A stretch of DNA of 64,000 nucleotides from Alloascoidea hylecoeti (GCA_001600815.1 BCKZ01000006.1:683048-747047); one strand, 5' to 3'; shown: positions 13,402 through 25,814, counted from the first letter of the stretch. Notes: generated by a model not told the origin, from the letters alone. Translations and numbers: made by a program.

Positions 13402-15192
13402 TCATGTAGAAACCTTACTCTTTCCCTTTTTTAAAATATTTCGATTAACGTTAGCGTTGACGTCTTTTCTAATATTTTTATTATTATTAGTATTATTTTT
13501 TTGATCTAAAATTTTTTGATAATTCCATAATTTACTTTTCCAAGATTCTAAATCTTTATGTAAATTACATAATTTTTCAACATCTTTTAATTTTTTAACT
13601 TTTGAAACTTTTTTATTTGGTGATTCAAGACTAAAATATAATGAAGCATATTCAGAATATGTACGACGGAATTTTTCAGCTAATCTAAACATTTCTTGTG
13701 ATGAATGGACAGTTGGGGTTAAAGTTTGTGGAGATATTTTTGAACGATATGATGCAGTATTGTTTAAAGTATCATATTCAGGAGAAGTATTTGAAGAATT
13801 TGAACTTAAGATTGGAGATCTTATTCTTGAAGTTGTTGAAGTATTTGAACTATTTGATGAATCAGAAACAGTTCTTGATTTCTTTGAAGGGTCATTTGCA
13901 ATTTTTGGAGAAGGTTTTGTATTTTTAAATTTTGAAACATTTGAAACAATTGAGGTTGAATTTGAATTTGGATGTAAATTTAAGTGAGATGGAGAATCAT
14001 CATCATCACCAGATTGAACAAATTCCGAACTAAGAATTTTGGGTCTTTTTCTTCGAGGAGAATTAGATTTTGAAATATTATTAAGTATTGATGAAGTTGA
14101 AGTTATAGAATTTGTAGTTGGAGAAGGTCTCTTTTTTGAATTATTTGAATTAATTTTTAAAATGGCACCTCCAACACGAGGTGAGGAAGGCTTAAGAGGC
14201 AATGAAGAGATTGAGTTATTTAGAGGAGTAGTTTCAATATTAAAAGTTGGAGTTCCAGGTACAGATTGAGGTTGTGGTTGAGGAGTAGCATTCCGTCGAA
14301 CTTTTGGATCCAGTAACATTAATCTCCACGGATGATTTTCTTCAATATTTAATCTATCAAAAGCAGATCTAGCATCACTTATTATTTTCAGTCTTTGTTT
14401 TTCATCATAAAATTTCCATTGCCATATTCGGATATCTTTGTAATGATTATCAGATAGGTTGTACAAAGCTTGATATTTATCCTCATCATCCTTGAATAAG
14501 GAGCCGTAATCTTTCAGTATGGCCAGAACCTCGTCGATGTCGCCCTTCGTGCGCTGTGCGACGGTCTGAGCATTGTTCGGCTCCAGGGCCAGCAAATGGA
14601 TGACTCTGTTTGAGATGGAGTAAAGAGACTTGGACGGGGCAGTTGTGAGCGGCAGGGTGCGGGATTTGGGGGTGATGGAGGGGGTGTGCGGTTGCGACTG
14701 GGGGTTCGGGGAGGGGTTTTTGGACGAGCGTTTGGGCAGTTTGGCATGCCTGGAGGGGTCTTTGGCCGACGGCAGGAGAGTGGCTTTCGTCTTCTGCGAG
14801 TTGGATTGGTTCAGTTGGGATAACAGCCTGGAGGTGGCAGGGCCCAATTTGATTTGGGAAATGGACAGTTTCTGGGATAATTTGGCCAGAGTCTCGCAGC
14901 TCTGGGAGGAAACCCCGCCGCGGAACAGGTCCACCCGCGATGGTTCCGGGACTGCGGACAGCGGGAACGACTCGTCGCCGATCCTCAGGGTGTACGTGCC
15001 GTCCGCGACCGTCAGGCGCACCCGCAGACCTTCAGCAGCGCCCACGGCGGGGGGGCCGGCGGGGGGGCCGGCGGGGGGGCCGGTGGGGCCTGAAGGGGCC
15101 AGCACGCGGAACACGGAGGACGGCAGGCGCATCTGGAAGGCTTGCCGTTGGGGGCCGTCGCAGGGCAGCAGAGTCGTGTGGGACGGAATCAT
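13402..15192 (-). CDS. RNA polymerase II elongation factor ELL-like protein
   Basis: Long ORF (first ATG 15192); central RVIHLLALEP...YKDIRIWQWKFYD region and C-terminal occludin/ELL-like helices (AEKFRRTYSEYASLY...LHKDLESWKSKL). Confidence 0.65.
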   Translation of the reverse strand: MIPSHTTLLPCDGPQRQAFQMRLPSSVFRVLAPSGPTGPPAGPPAGPPAVGAAEGLRVRLTVADGTYTLRIGDESFPLSAVPEPSRVDLFRGGVSSQSCETLAKLSQKLSISQIKLGPATSRLLSQLNQSNSQKTKATLLPSAKDPSRHAKLPKRSSKNPSPNPQSQPHTPSITPKSRTLPLTTAPSKSLYSISNRVIHLLALEPNNAQTVAQRTKGDIDEVLAILKDYGSLFKDDEDKYQALYNLSDNHYKDIRIWQWKFYDEKQRLKIISDARSAFDRLNIEENHPWRLMLLDPKVRRNATPQPQPQSVPGTPTFNIETTPLNNSISSLPLKPSSPRVGGAILKINSNNSKKRPSPTTNSITSTSSILNNISKSNSPRRKRPKILSSEFVQSGDDDDSPSHLNLHPNSNSTSIVSNVSKFKNTKPSPKIANDPSKKSRTVSDSSNSSNTSTTSRIRSPILSSNSSNTSPEYDTLNNTASYRSKISPQTLTPTVHSSQEMFRLAEKFRRTYSEYASLYFSLESPNKKVSKVKKLKDVEKLCNLHKDLESWKSKLWNYQKILDQKNNTNNNKNIRKDVNANVNRNILKKGKSKVST

Positions 15193-15294
15193 TCTGCTCT
15201 CTGGTTTTGGGGAAGAAGTTCGTACTGCCAAAGATGGGAGGGAACCGGGAATGGGTGCGTCACGTGTTCGCTATACTACTGCTAACTAACTAAA

Positions 15295-17199
15295 CTAATC
15301 CGACAGAATCGTAACCAACGTCTTCCATCCGGGCGTCTCAAACAACTCCTGGGCCTCCTCTTCGTTCTGGCCGGCCGCAACCGAATACGCCAGCTGCTCT
15401 TCTTCTGCCTTCAGGATCCCCAACGAGTGGAGGTACGTTAGCAGGTGGAAGTCTGAAAGCCGTGTTAATATCTCGGGTAAACTGTCCACTTTAAAGTGTT
15501 TCGCTATTGAGGAAATATCCTGTGATGATCCTATTGCCTGGCGGTTTTCAATAACAAACGGCTTGGAGATGTTTTTGAAAAGTGGTGTGGGTTCCGATGG
15601 GAATCCATGTGTCAAAGTGACTAAAAAATATTCAACTGGGAACGAGCCTTCTGCACTTTTCTTAACCGTTATTCCATATTCATTAACCCTTGTGTAGAAA
15701 ATATCCGGCACATATCTTGTTTTGCAAGCTTTTTGAATCATAACCATTGATGCATGTGTTGAAGGTACAACTAAATCTGCTTTAACCATAGCTTCAGCTT
15801 CTGTTGACACTTGATAAGATGCAATATCAATTTCTCCCTTGATATTCCCACTTACAACACAAGTAACGAATTTTGAACTAAATCTATTATTATCTGACCA
15901 TTTAGAAACATTTGGATGTTGACATTGTAATTTCGCCGCAAAAATTGCTTCAATTGATGTTAAAAAATATGAATCTTTATGTCTTTTACAAATAACACTT
16001 CCATCTCCTTTACCTGAATCAATTAAATCTGTAAAAATTATTCCAATTTTTCTTAATCCAAATTTTTTACCAATTTCATCAACTTTATTAATTTCTTCTT
16101 CATTTTCTTTTTCTAAATTAAGTGTTAATCCATCACTTTCTCCATTTTGTGCTGGTTCATAAATTACTTCAACAACTGCTTTTATACCTAAAGGAACTTC
16201 TTCATATGATTCATACCTACCATATAAATATCCTAATCTTTGATATCCTGTACTTCTCCATGAATCCAAAAAATTATTAACAAGTGAAGAATCTGCAAAT
16301 TCAACATGATCAACCATTCGAAATTCTTGTCTTTGTAATGTAATTGCTGAAGGTTGACATTTTGAACAAATTCCATTTGGCCATGATTTATGACCACTTG
16401 GACAATTCTTTTTAACTTTAAAATTTGGTTCTGATAATGGATTAACATATGATGATGCTGCATTTTTATTTGTTGAATCATTAATATGTTTAACATGTGA
16501 ATGAAATGATAAATGTTTAATTTTATGATTTTTTTGATATTCTGCATCCCATGGTGCAACTGGTAATGAAAATTCACTTTGACTTTGTCCATATTGCTTT
16601 TCTCGTTTCATATATCCATCTTTTGAATCTAATAAATCATCAATAGGTAATTGTTTTTCATTATCATTGACATTTGAGTTGGTATTAGGATTTTTTTTTG
16701 AACTAGAATTAGAATTAGAATTAGAATTGGATTGTGATATAGATGTAGATGAAGATGGAGTTGAAATTGATTCATAAGTTAAAAATAATAAATCACCATG
16801 TCTATTAAGTTAGTGTTAATTTGTAGGTATTTTTATTATCATATTATCATGTTTAAAACATACTTTAATTGTAATTCACTAATGTTATGACCTACAAATT
16901 TAGATGCTTCTTCACCCTCATCACCAGGTTTTGCTCCAATCTTTAACGTATTAAAATTCACATTTTTCAAATGATTTGATAACTAATTCAATCATGTCAT
17001 TAAAATGTTAGAATTTAATTATCTTTAATACTCAATAACCAAATACTTACTTGTTCTAAAACTTTTGAAAAATCATCATTTGGACCTACTTGTGCCCTAA
17101 ACATTCCATCTTTTGATCTAAATCGAAGAATCTTATTGATTTATTAATATAAATTTATCATAATTTCATAATTTTAAAAAAACTTACTATTCCTCCCAT
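15295..17199 (-). CDS. NPL4: Cdc48 cofactor Npl4; introns 17187-17132, 17050-16983, 16863-16802
   Basis: MGGI|ILRFRSKDGMFR, CPSGHKSWPNGICSKCQPSAITLQRQEFRMVDHVEF, FSSKFVTCVVSG, FPVEYFLVTLTHGFP. Confidence 0.93.
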
Positions 17200-17369
17200 T
17201 ATTGCCACTCACTTGCTACAATTATATAAAAAAAGAAGTTTAATTATGTAAACCTTTAAAGTGGAAAAGGTAGGTAGGTGTATGGGTGTTTTTCATGAAT
17301 GAACAGCAAAACAAAACCATTTTTACTTTTTGGTAACTATTTTTCCTTTCTTTAAAATATAAAAGTAAA

Positions 17370-17986
17370 ATGTCGAACAATACAGAAAATATTAATACAG
17401 GTCCGGAATCAACTCCTAGAATTTCAATCTATACTCCACTCATTTATCTTGGAATTTTGATAACTTCATTAATTATCTTTTCTGCTCTTTATCGACGACG
17501 GAGTATAAGTAAGTATTCAAATTTCAAAATAGCAATACAAAATTATATATTAACAAATAAATAGGAAAATTGGCATCTATGAAGCCATGGTTTGAAACTA
17601 CAAGTAATTCCCGTGATATTTATTTTGTCCTACGTGATGAAACAAAACCAAAACCACATGATAAAGTCCTTAAAGCAGCTTTAATTAGAAGAGGATCAGA
17701 AGCATTAAGACAATCATTTAAACAAAGAGAACAAGCACCAATGATTCAAATTTTATATCAAAATGGTTCCATTGGTGATGAATTATGGAATAGATTTCAA
17801 AATGCAATGAAATTAATTGATTTAGAAGTTAAAGAATGTATATTAGAAGCTGAAAGTTATAAAAAAGGTTGGGCTGAAAGTTTTTTTAAAACTTGTGGTG
17901 AAGTTACTTTTAATGAAGCTTATAGAAGAAGAATTACTGGTTTAACTGATAAACAAAATTTTATTAAAGAAGATTGGGGTTTATAG
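17370..17986 (+). CDS. SEC66: Sec63-complex subunit Sec66/Sec71; intron 17509-17564
   Basis: ISIYTPLIYLGILITSLIIFSALYRRR TM segment, VLKAALIRR, LYQNGSIGDELW; intron GTAAGT..TAG joins the two ORFs. Confidence 0.9.
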
Positions 17987-18199
17987 GTTTATTTTATTTA
18001 TAAATAAAAATATATTGAATTTAATGTGAAATTTGAAATATCAAATGTATTATTTCTTATTAAAAAAGGCAAATGTAATTGCACTCATATAATCATATAT
18101 CATGATTTATTAAACATATGCATTATTATTAGTTTCTAGTAAACTAATTAACGTAAAATTAATATTATAAAGATGAAGATTAAAATTAGAAATAAAATA

Positions 18200-19990
18200 T
18201 TATAGTCTCTTCCCAGGTACAAAAACAAATAAAACTGTTAATGAAGCAGTTAAAAAACAAATTAATAAAAAAACAAATAAACTTCTTTTAATTAATAAAT
18301 TTTTAATAAATTTTTCTTTTAATTTTATTAAAATTCTATTAAATGGATAAATATTTCCAATTGAAAATCGAAATCCATTTTTATTTTGAAATTTATTATT
18401 TCTATTTCTAATTCTTTCTTGTTGTTGTCTCTTTAATGATTCTAAATCTTTATCTTTTTTAAACCATTTATTTCTTTTTATTGATGATTCTGGATTTAAT
18501 TGTTCTAAATCAGGATTTAATTTTGTAAATGAACTATTTATACTTGCAACTGCTGTTAAATCACCATCATCATCAATTTCATCTGTTGAATAACCAATTG
18601 ATTCACTATAACCTAACCAAACTAAAAATGGATCAATATTATAAATTGATGATATAATATAATAAATTCCAAAAGCAAATGGTAATAAAACGGTTATTCT
18701 TATTCTTTTTGGACTCCAATCTAATAATATATAAATAAATCCAAGCCAAAATCCTGCCCAAAGACATAATAAACCAATTATTAATCTAATTAATGAACCT
18801 TTTGCACATAAATTACCAAAAGCATTATATTTTAAAAATTCAGGATATGATTCATATTCCATTGCTTGAAAAACATAATCCCTTGCTTCATCAAAAATTT
18901 CAGGATCATCTCTTCCTTCAATTTCAATTGAATTCCGAACTTTTTGTACTATTGAAGGCGGTATAATTATTTCACGTTCTGCTCCAGGGATAAAATATGT
19001 AACCATTATATTACGACATGATTCACGTATATCATGTCTTGAAACAAATGAATTTTCATCCATATTGGAGTATGAATCACTTACTCGAGGAAATAATGCT
19101 TCTAATGTTTCGGCATTTATTGATGAACGTTGTCGACTTTTATGTTGCTTATGATATTGATTTTGATTTTGGTTTTGATTTTGATTTTGACGGGATCGAG
19201 AGTGTGTTTGAGATAAAGGATGTGAATCTGGGTCTGAAACAGTTGGTAAAGAAGACGTATAACTAGGTTGTCGATTTGATACACGACTTTTTGATGTACT
19301 TACTACTGGACCTAATTGTGGTGAATGTGAAGTACTTGATAATAAAGGTTTAGTTGGATCAGAACCTCTTTTATAATTTGGAATTCCTTGAGATTGATCT
19401 ATATCATATTTTGAATATCCCTCATAAATTTTTTCAGGATAAGATGATAATATTTTGGGTTTTAATTGAGTAGATAAGTTACTTTCTGGTTGGGAAATCG
19501 AAGATTTTGTAGATTTTGAAGATTGTGGATCAGATGGTATACGTTGTTCTTTTTGTAATTGTTGGATTAAATATGTTATACGTGCCATTTGTTCGGGATC
19601 TTGAGAATCAATCTCATCACCTCTTAAGAAACAACTTAAACGATGTGAATCTTTATCATCTAATAAACCTCCTTGCATTAATGCTTCTAATAATATACTT
19701 GAAGTTGCACTACTACCATTTTTACGGGCGGATGGTGTTGAAGCAGTATTTGGAATCGATTGAGATTTTTCCTGTTGGTCAAAAAGTAAAATAGATTGTC
19801 TTAAACCTCTAATAAAATAACGACATAAAGATAAATGTTGAACGACATCTAACCAAAAATCCAAATAATCGATACTTCTTTGATCATCCCTCATAAAAAG
19901 ATAAAACGACCATAAATCCACAGGAGTTTCTGTTTTCCTGTTCAAAACTTCAAACAGAGTTGGTAGTCTATGTAACCTCCTTTCCTTCAT
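18200..19990 (-). CDS. RAX1: RGS-domain bud-site selection protein
   Basis: RLPTLFEVLNRKTETPVDLWSFYLFMR...YLDFWLDV, IEIEGRDDPEIFDEARDYVFQAME, C-terminal TMs ending VPGKRL. Confidence 0.9.
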   Translation of the reverse strand: MKERRLHRLPTLFEVLNRKTETPVDLWSFYLFMRDDQRSIDYLDFWLDVVQHLSLCRYFIRGLRQSILLFDQQEKSQSIPNTASTPSARKNGSSATSSILLEALMQGGLLDDKDSHRLSCFLRGDEIDSQDPEQMARITYLIQQLQKEQRIPSDPQSSKSTKSSISQPESNLSTQLKPKILSSYPEKIYEGYSKYDIDQSQGIPNYKRGSDPTKPLLSSTSHSPQLGPVVSTSKSRVSNRQPSYTSSLPTVSDPDSHPLSQTHSRSRQNQNQNQNQNQYHKQHKSRQRSSINAETLEALFPRVSDSYSNMDENSFVSRHDIRESCRNIMVTYFIPGAEREIIIPPSIVQKVRNSIEIEGRDDPEIFDEARDYVFQAMEYESYPEFLKYNAFGNLCAKGSLIRLIIGLLCLWAGFWLGFIYILLDWSPKRIRITVLLPFAFGIYYIISSIYNIDPFLVWLGYSESIGYSTDEIDDDGDLTAVASINSSFTKLNPDLEQLNPESSIKRNKWFKKDKDLESLKRQQQERIRNRNNKFQNKNGFRFSIGNIYPFNRILIKLKEKFIKNLLIKRSLFVFLLICFLTASLTVLFVFVPGKRL

Positions 19991-20549
19991 GGTGAGATTA
20001 AAAACGAATGATAATACTCACGATAAATATAAAATAATGAAAGTCAAAATTGAAAACGAAAAAAAAAGAAGTAGAAATGGAAATGAAAATATAAATATAA
20101 ATAAATTGAAAGTTGAAAATGGTAATTAATAAGTCATTACTTAAATGAAAATGCCAGCCCTATAAGAAGATCCATGCATACTTTGTTTACCAATTTCCAC
20201 TTTGGGCAACGCACACATATTTGACATCTCATACATAATGAAAAATAAAAATACAATTGAAGAAGCAAAATTGAAAAATTAGATCTAAATTTAAATCTTT
20301 TGTTTTAAAATAATACATAATAATAATAATCATTGTCGCAAGTAACCGAAGGTTTACTGTCTCAAGTTGACTCTCGTGTAGCTATTCTAGAACGTCTGTT
20401 GTTCTCCCAGCGTTCTTCACCTGTCATTAACCATTAACACCAGTGATCCCAGCATTAGCTCTGTTATAAACCTTATTTAAATATTCAATCCACATTATTT
20501 TTATAAGGTGGTGCACATTCCTTGAGCATTGCTGCAGCTGCGAAAATAC

Positions 20550-20870
20550 TCCTCGAAAAAATGCGACCGGTACCCGTAAATTTTAAATTCCTTTTAATCA
20601 GTCACTACCTCCAAAGTGGGAAAAGGAAAATTGGCGCTTGAGATTAGATAATGCAATTGTTCACACTCAGCTGAATCCTGAAGTAGCCCGTAACAAAATT
20701 GCAAAAGACACCACCGCTTTCGGATCTTCCCCAAGGAATACGAGGAGTTTAATAATGCAAGGACAAAAACTTTCGTTTTTTGTGGAAGATGAGATATTGA
20801 ACCATACTCAGGAAATGGCCATATTACGTGATTAATCAATGAGCCGTGGCCTTTAAAGATAGATAGATAG
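20550..20870 (+). pseudogene. Degenerate dispersed-repeat relic (same family as ~2220, ~7390, ~42300)
   Basis: cccgtaacaaaattgcaaaa...gatcttcc and flanking blocks align with 7323-7520. Confidence 0.55.
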
Positions 20871-21711
20871 GAGAAGATATACCTTTATAGCTGTATTTGT
20901 TCTATACCGTATAAGTTATAGATTATAGCTTTACTATATAATATATAAGTTATACAAAAAGAAATGCTTGTCAAATTTTATAATGTCAGATCGAAATAAC
21001 GGTATACGTAAGACTTTTGGTACCGCAAATCAAATCATTAAATGAGTATGGACTTTGTAGACGGGCCAATATTAATATTGAGGACCTAATAATAAACAAC
21101 AAGTTTGACAGAGTTCTAGAATTGTTATGAAAGCTTGAAAAGGGTATATAGAGAATGCTGGGAAAGGAACAATTCAATACTCCTACTTTGGGACATTAAT
21201 AATAATACTTGTATGGTTAATTAAATCCTTACAACTTTTTCGTCCCCTCACTAGGTATATTGTTCAGAGATGATTCTTATACATATTCGAAAAATCAATC
21301 AATGCTTTTCCAAAAAAAACCATCCTAATTAATAGAAATACCATTGTAACTCTACTACAATTGTAATCATTTAATTATAATCATAAGCTACTCAGTAAGT
21401 ACTAATTAGTAAGTACAGTCATTTCATTTAATTTAGGCCATAGTGGTTAATAGCACTGGTTACTAATTTTCGGCCGGATTTGCTCAACTTTGCTCTATAT
21501 CGCTACATTTAAAATATTATGAATAGGTCATAATTATGTGACCGAAATTTAGATATGGAAATTGCCGATATTCAATGATTAATATGGCCTAAATAAAGTG
21601 ATATTATTTAGAATTTAGACTAAGTAATTTTTAGAATGCGTACAATTCAGTCCAATATATTACAAAAAAGTGGTTATGTAAGTTGTAGCGGCATGTTAGT
21701 CATCAACCACC

Positions 21712-21731
21712 CTCATCAGAAAAAAAAATTC
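21712..21731. promoter_or_regulatory. PAC core (CTCATC) plus RRPE-like GAAAAAAAAATT upstream of UTP11
   Basis: Ribosome-biogenesis motifs ~30-50 bp before the ATG. Confidence 0.55.
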
Positions 21732-21760
21732 GTCACATAAAGCTTTCTACTTACCTAACC

Positions 21761-22507
21761 ATGGCGAAATTAATCCACAATATCCAAAAGAAACAGCACA
21801 AAGAACGTGCTCAACCCCAGGCACGGGCTAAATTTGGTCTCTTGGAGAAGAAAAAAGACTATGTCTTGCGTGCTCGAGATTATCATCGTAAGGAAGCCCT
21901 CAAGAAGGTCTTAACTTTAAAATCGAAAGAAAGAAATAAGGATGAATATTATCATGCTATGACAAGAGCAAAGACAGACGAACGTGGTATTAGGATAACC
22001 GATAGACAAGGTGATGAATTTGAAGGTAGTTCATTAACTAGTGCACAAATACAATTACTCAAAACTCAAGATGTTGGTTATGTAAGTACACTAAGACGAT
22101 CCGAGAAGAATAAAATCGAAAAAGAAATTCAAAATGTAACAATAAAAGGAGAAGGAAAGCATACGATTTTTGTTGATAGTGAATTAGAAGCTAAAAAATT
22201 CAAACCTGAAGAATTTTTTAAAACAGATAAAAGATTATTATCTCATAGTGAAAATCGATTAAGATTAAATCAATTAGAATCAATTAAAATTGATGATTTA
22301 GATGAAGAGTCAAGAAATGCATTAAGGAAAGAGAAAGTTAAGAAATTAAAATTATTACAAGAAAGAATGAAGCGGGAAGAGGAATTAAAACAAGTTGAAA
22401 ATAGAATGAATTTAACAAGGGAATTATTAAAAAAAGGTGGTGTGAAGAAAAAAGTCGATGACGAAGGAAGAATTACTTATAAATGGAAAAGAGAGAGAAA
22501 GCGATGA
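21761..22507 (+). CDS. UTP11: SSU processome protein Utp11
   Basis: KQHKERAQPQARAKFGLLEKKKDYVLRARDYH...YKWKRERKR. Confidence 0.96.
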   Translation: MAKLIHNIQKKQHKERAQPQARAKFGLLEKKKDYVLRARDYHRKEALKKVLTLKSKERNKDEYYHAMTRAKTDERGIRITDRQGDEFEGSSLTSAQIQLLKTQDVGYVSTLRRSEKNKIEKEIQNVTIKGEGKHTIFVDSELEAKKFKPEEFFKTDKRLLSHSENRLRLNQLESIKIDDLDEESRNALRKEKVKKLKLLQERMKREEELKQVENRMNLTRELLKKGGVKKKVDDEGRITYKWKRERKR

Positions 22508-24929
22508 AAATGTTAACATGATTTTGGTATAATTGAATTTTACTATATTCCTACTGGATAAACTTTAGACATGTCAACTCATAACTTATAGATATCATGC
22601 TTAATCTCGAATATCAACACTACAAACACAATACATGTCTTATTTTTATGGTGTTATATATGGTATTATAGTGTTAGATAAATTGTTGATAGTGTAACCA
22701 TTTGCAACTATAGTACACAGAGGAATTATGTCCTAAGCTTTAATCCATCAATATCATAGGTGTATATAATATATAGTGTTCGAACGAAAAAGTGTAAGTA
22801 TATGATCAACTGTGCGCACTTAGTTAGTTTATCCGTGAAACCTGCTCAATAGTGTATAAATTGACTGTTTTCATAGAGAGTGACAAAATTAATACAGTAT
22901 ACCCCTTACTACCAAATTTCTACTCAAAAGATCACCAAAGGAAAAAGCATCAATTATTAATCAACGAGATGACCAAAGAATCCTAGCATACCGATGGAAC
23001 TTCTATCACTCTGGCTCCGAATTATTTTCCCGATCCTGTGCTGAAATCGTACTCAACGAGTATTTCCCTCCATAATACCGAATTTAAATTGAAATTACTT
23101 TAACTAATACAGTGTAGTACATACATATACATACGGTTAACGCCAAACAGATTGATGAAATATCAATTGCAATTGTTTTATTTAAAAGTGGTTAAGAGAA
23201 TATAGCTTTGTCAACCAAGCGATATAGTCATTTTATATAGAATCACATACTTTATGGCTAGGCACTATAAGTTATATATTGCGATATATCGGAGCTTGTC
23301 AAGATCCACCCATGCATGATTATATCAAACAGAGTAACTAATTATAAAAATTTAAAGGAGTATGTCTTGAAACACGATTGTCAGGTATTGAAATCATCTC
23401 AACGCAATAATCTGGTAGGTGTACGTCCTCTTTTGTGACCCGATCCAGTTAAGAGCAGGTGAAACAGGGGGACTATGAAGTTACCTTTAGCATCGGGGCC
23501 CATCGATGAAAGAAAAAAGGGGTGAAAAAGAAGCAAAGTGATCATGGCTGTTCAATGCTGGCCACGAAGCTTGGCTTCTACAAACTTTGGGAAGAGGGCT
23601 GAATTTGGAGTAGCAAGGAGGATGTGATATCTCTCTATATTGCGGGTTAAACCAGATTCACCGTTGGTCTTCAAACAGGGTACAATTCAATCGACAAACT
23701 GAAGTTCAATGGGTTTCTTAAAAGGGCCATAACGTTATAAGCATATGCATGTTGGTGAAATTATTAATTAATTGCTTTCACACGTGTTGAGATTATTCTA
23801 CTGTGTAGATCATGATTAGTAGCTAACCATTATACAAGTATTAGTTATATATTAATACTAATTGATATATACATCATGTAGGTCTATAGTTATAGCTGCG
23901 CTTAAATTTGGGTTTATAGCTGTATTTGCCATATACAATTAAAGTTGAAATATTATTATATTACTATCATGCCGCAATATTATTCTCCGGATCCACGTTT
24001 TTCAGAATATGACTATTAGATCGTAATAGAAATAAAAAATGATATGCAGCATATTTGTATAAGTCTTATATGATATATCTTTAAACTGTAATTCTATATA
24101 CAACCAATATATAAGCCTTATAACTTATACCGCTTAGATCTGGTTAGAAGAGCTCATCTGAGACATGTGAGGTTAATTATAATAACTTATCTACTATATT
24201 TGGAATTGCAATCACAATAAATCATCAGGAATATCAATTTATGAATGACGATATCAATAGTATTATGAATCAATTGGAATCATTAAATAATTAAAGATTG
24301 ATAAATCAGCTGGAGGTATAGCACATGTTGATAATTGTACACATGGTTGAAATAATTGATCCTATAATTATAAGTTATATGTAATTTTTTTATGTCAATT
24401 GAAAATGTTTCAGTTCTTACCATCTTACTACTCGTATTTAGAGAATATTGACATTGACCAGCAGTTCACAGTGACAAGTCGTATCTATCCGGTTTATTTA
24501 TTCTGAATTCAAAGACACAACACCTGTCAAATATCAAACACGAACTGCCTGTAGTCGGTCACAGCGCTATAAATATATGCACAAGTTTAATGTTCACTAT
24601 AAGTTATATAGTAAGAATATATTATGATTAAGTAATACACTTTTAACTGTTTTTTAATTATTTATATAGGCAATACACGTGTTGCAGTTATAATGATCAC
24701 TTTGTGGTGTTTTAACATACGGTACAATATACTAATTATATAATTACATGTACACTTTCTAGCTTTGAATAATAAGTTCAATTACAAGATAATTCTTAAA
24801 TATATATAAAGAGGAATTACTCTTCCTCATAAAGATAAATAGAAACCTATTATATCAATTCTTTGCTATCTCACATCATTTCTCACGATAAGCGCTACAT
24901 CTAGATCTATATTCAGTTAAACGCCCACT

Positions 24930-25814
24930 ATGAAACTTTCAACAATTACTACACTTTTGCAATTGGCTTCATCGGTTTTATCAGCTCCCATTTCTTTGGC
25001 AAACTGGAAAAGAGCTACTTCCGAAAATTATATAAGGATTTACTCCAATAATATTAGATATGCAGCTACTTCGTTACAAACAGGAGAAACTAAATGGCCC
25101 AATAGGAAAACTCTCTGTATCGATAGTATTCAGTATAATGCAAGAGATCAAACAGTTGTCGGTCTTCAAGAAGTTTTAAACAGTCAATTGACAGATATCA
25201 TGTCCGGACTAGGAAGCTCGTGGTCTTACTATGGTGTTGGCAGAGATGACGGCTTAGAGGCTGGAGAATACTCCCCAATAATATACAAAAACGATCAATG
25301 GGATTTGTTAACTAGTGAAACTTGGTGGTTGAGTGAAACCCCTGAAACTCCAAGCAAAGGATGGGACGCTAATAATAAGAGAATTTTAACTTATACTTAT
25401 CTTGAGAATATTGACAGTGGTTATAAAATTAATGTTTATAATACTCACCTTGATGATACTGGATCAGTAGCAAGAAACCAATCTGCTTACCTTATACTCG
25501 AGAAAATGAATAGTAGAGGAAACTCAGACCAAGTTATTTTATTAGGTGATTTTAATTCAATCACAACAGGTGCAGCATATAAAGTTATATCAACTAAATT
25601 AACTGACACTTATGAAAGTGCTAAATATAAATATGGTTATAATCTTACATTTACTGGTTTTACTGATAGTACTTCAGATGACACACGAATTGACTTTATT
25701 TTCTCAAATTCAAGCTCCACTACTACTAATACGTTCGATATATTGCAATCAAAATTCAATGGCACTTATCTTAGTGATCATCGTCCTCTTATAGCAGATA
25801 TCACCCTTAATTAG
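24930..25814 (+). CDS. Secreted endonuclease/exonuclease/phosphatase (EEP) family hydrolase
   Basis: Signal peptide + KR site; NIRY, GLQEV, GVGRDDG..GEYSPI, NTHLD, LLGDFN, RIDFIF, SDHRP motifs. Confidence 0.88.
   Translation: MKLSTITTLLQLASSVLSAPISLANWKRATSENYIRIYSNNIRYAATSLQTGETKWPNRKTLCIDSIQYNARDQTVVGLQEVLNSQLTDIMSGLGSSWSYYGVGRDDGLEAGEYSPIIYKNDQWDLLTSETWWLSETPETPSKGWDANNKRILTYTYLENIDSGYKINVYNTHLDDTGSVARNQSAYLILEKMNSRGNSDQVILLGDFNSITTGAAYKVISTKLTDTYESAKYKYGYNLTFTGFTDSTSDDTRIDFIFSNSSSTTTNTFDILQSKFNGTYLSDHRPLIADITLN

Noticed and set aside
14630..15293. Plus-strand ORFs of 219 and 117 aa in the GC peak
   Set aside because: Antisense to the ELL-like gene; expected from stop-codon scarcity in GC-rich DNA
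14500..15480. Horizontal transfer as the cause of the GC island
   Set aside because: The gradient runs through two native genes, with no insertion boundaries
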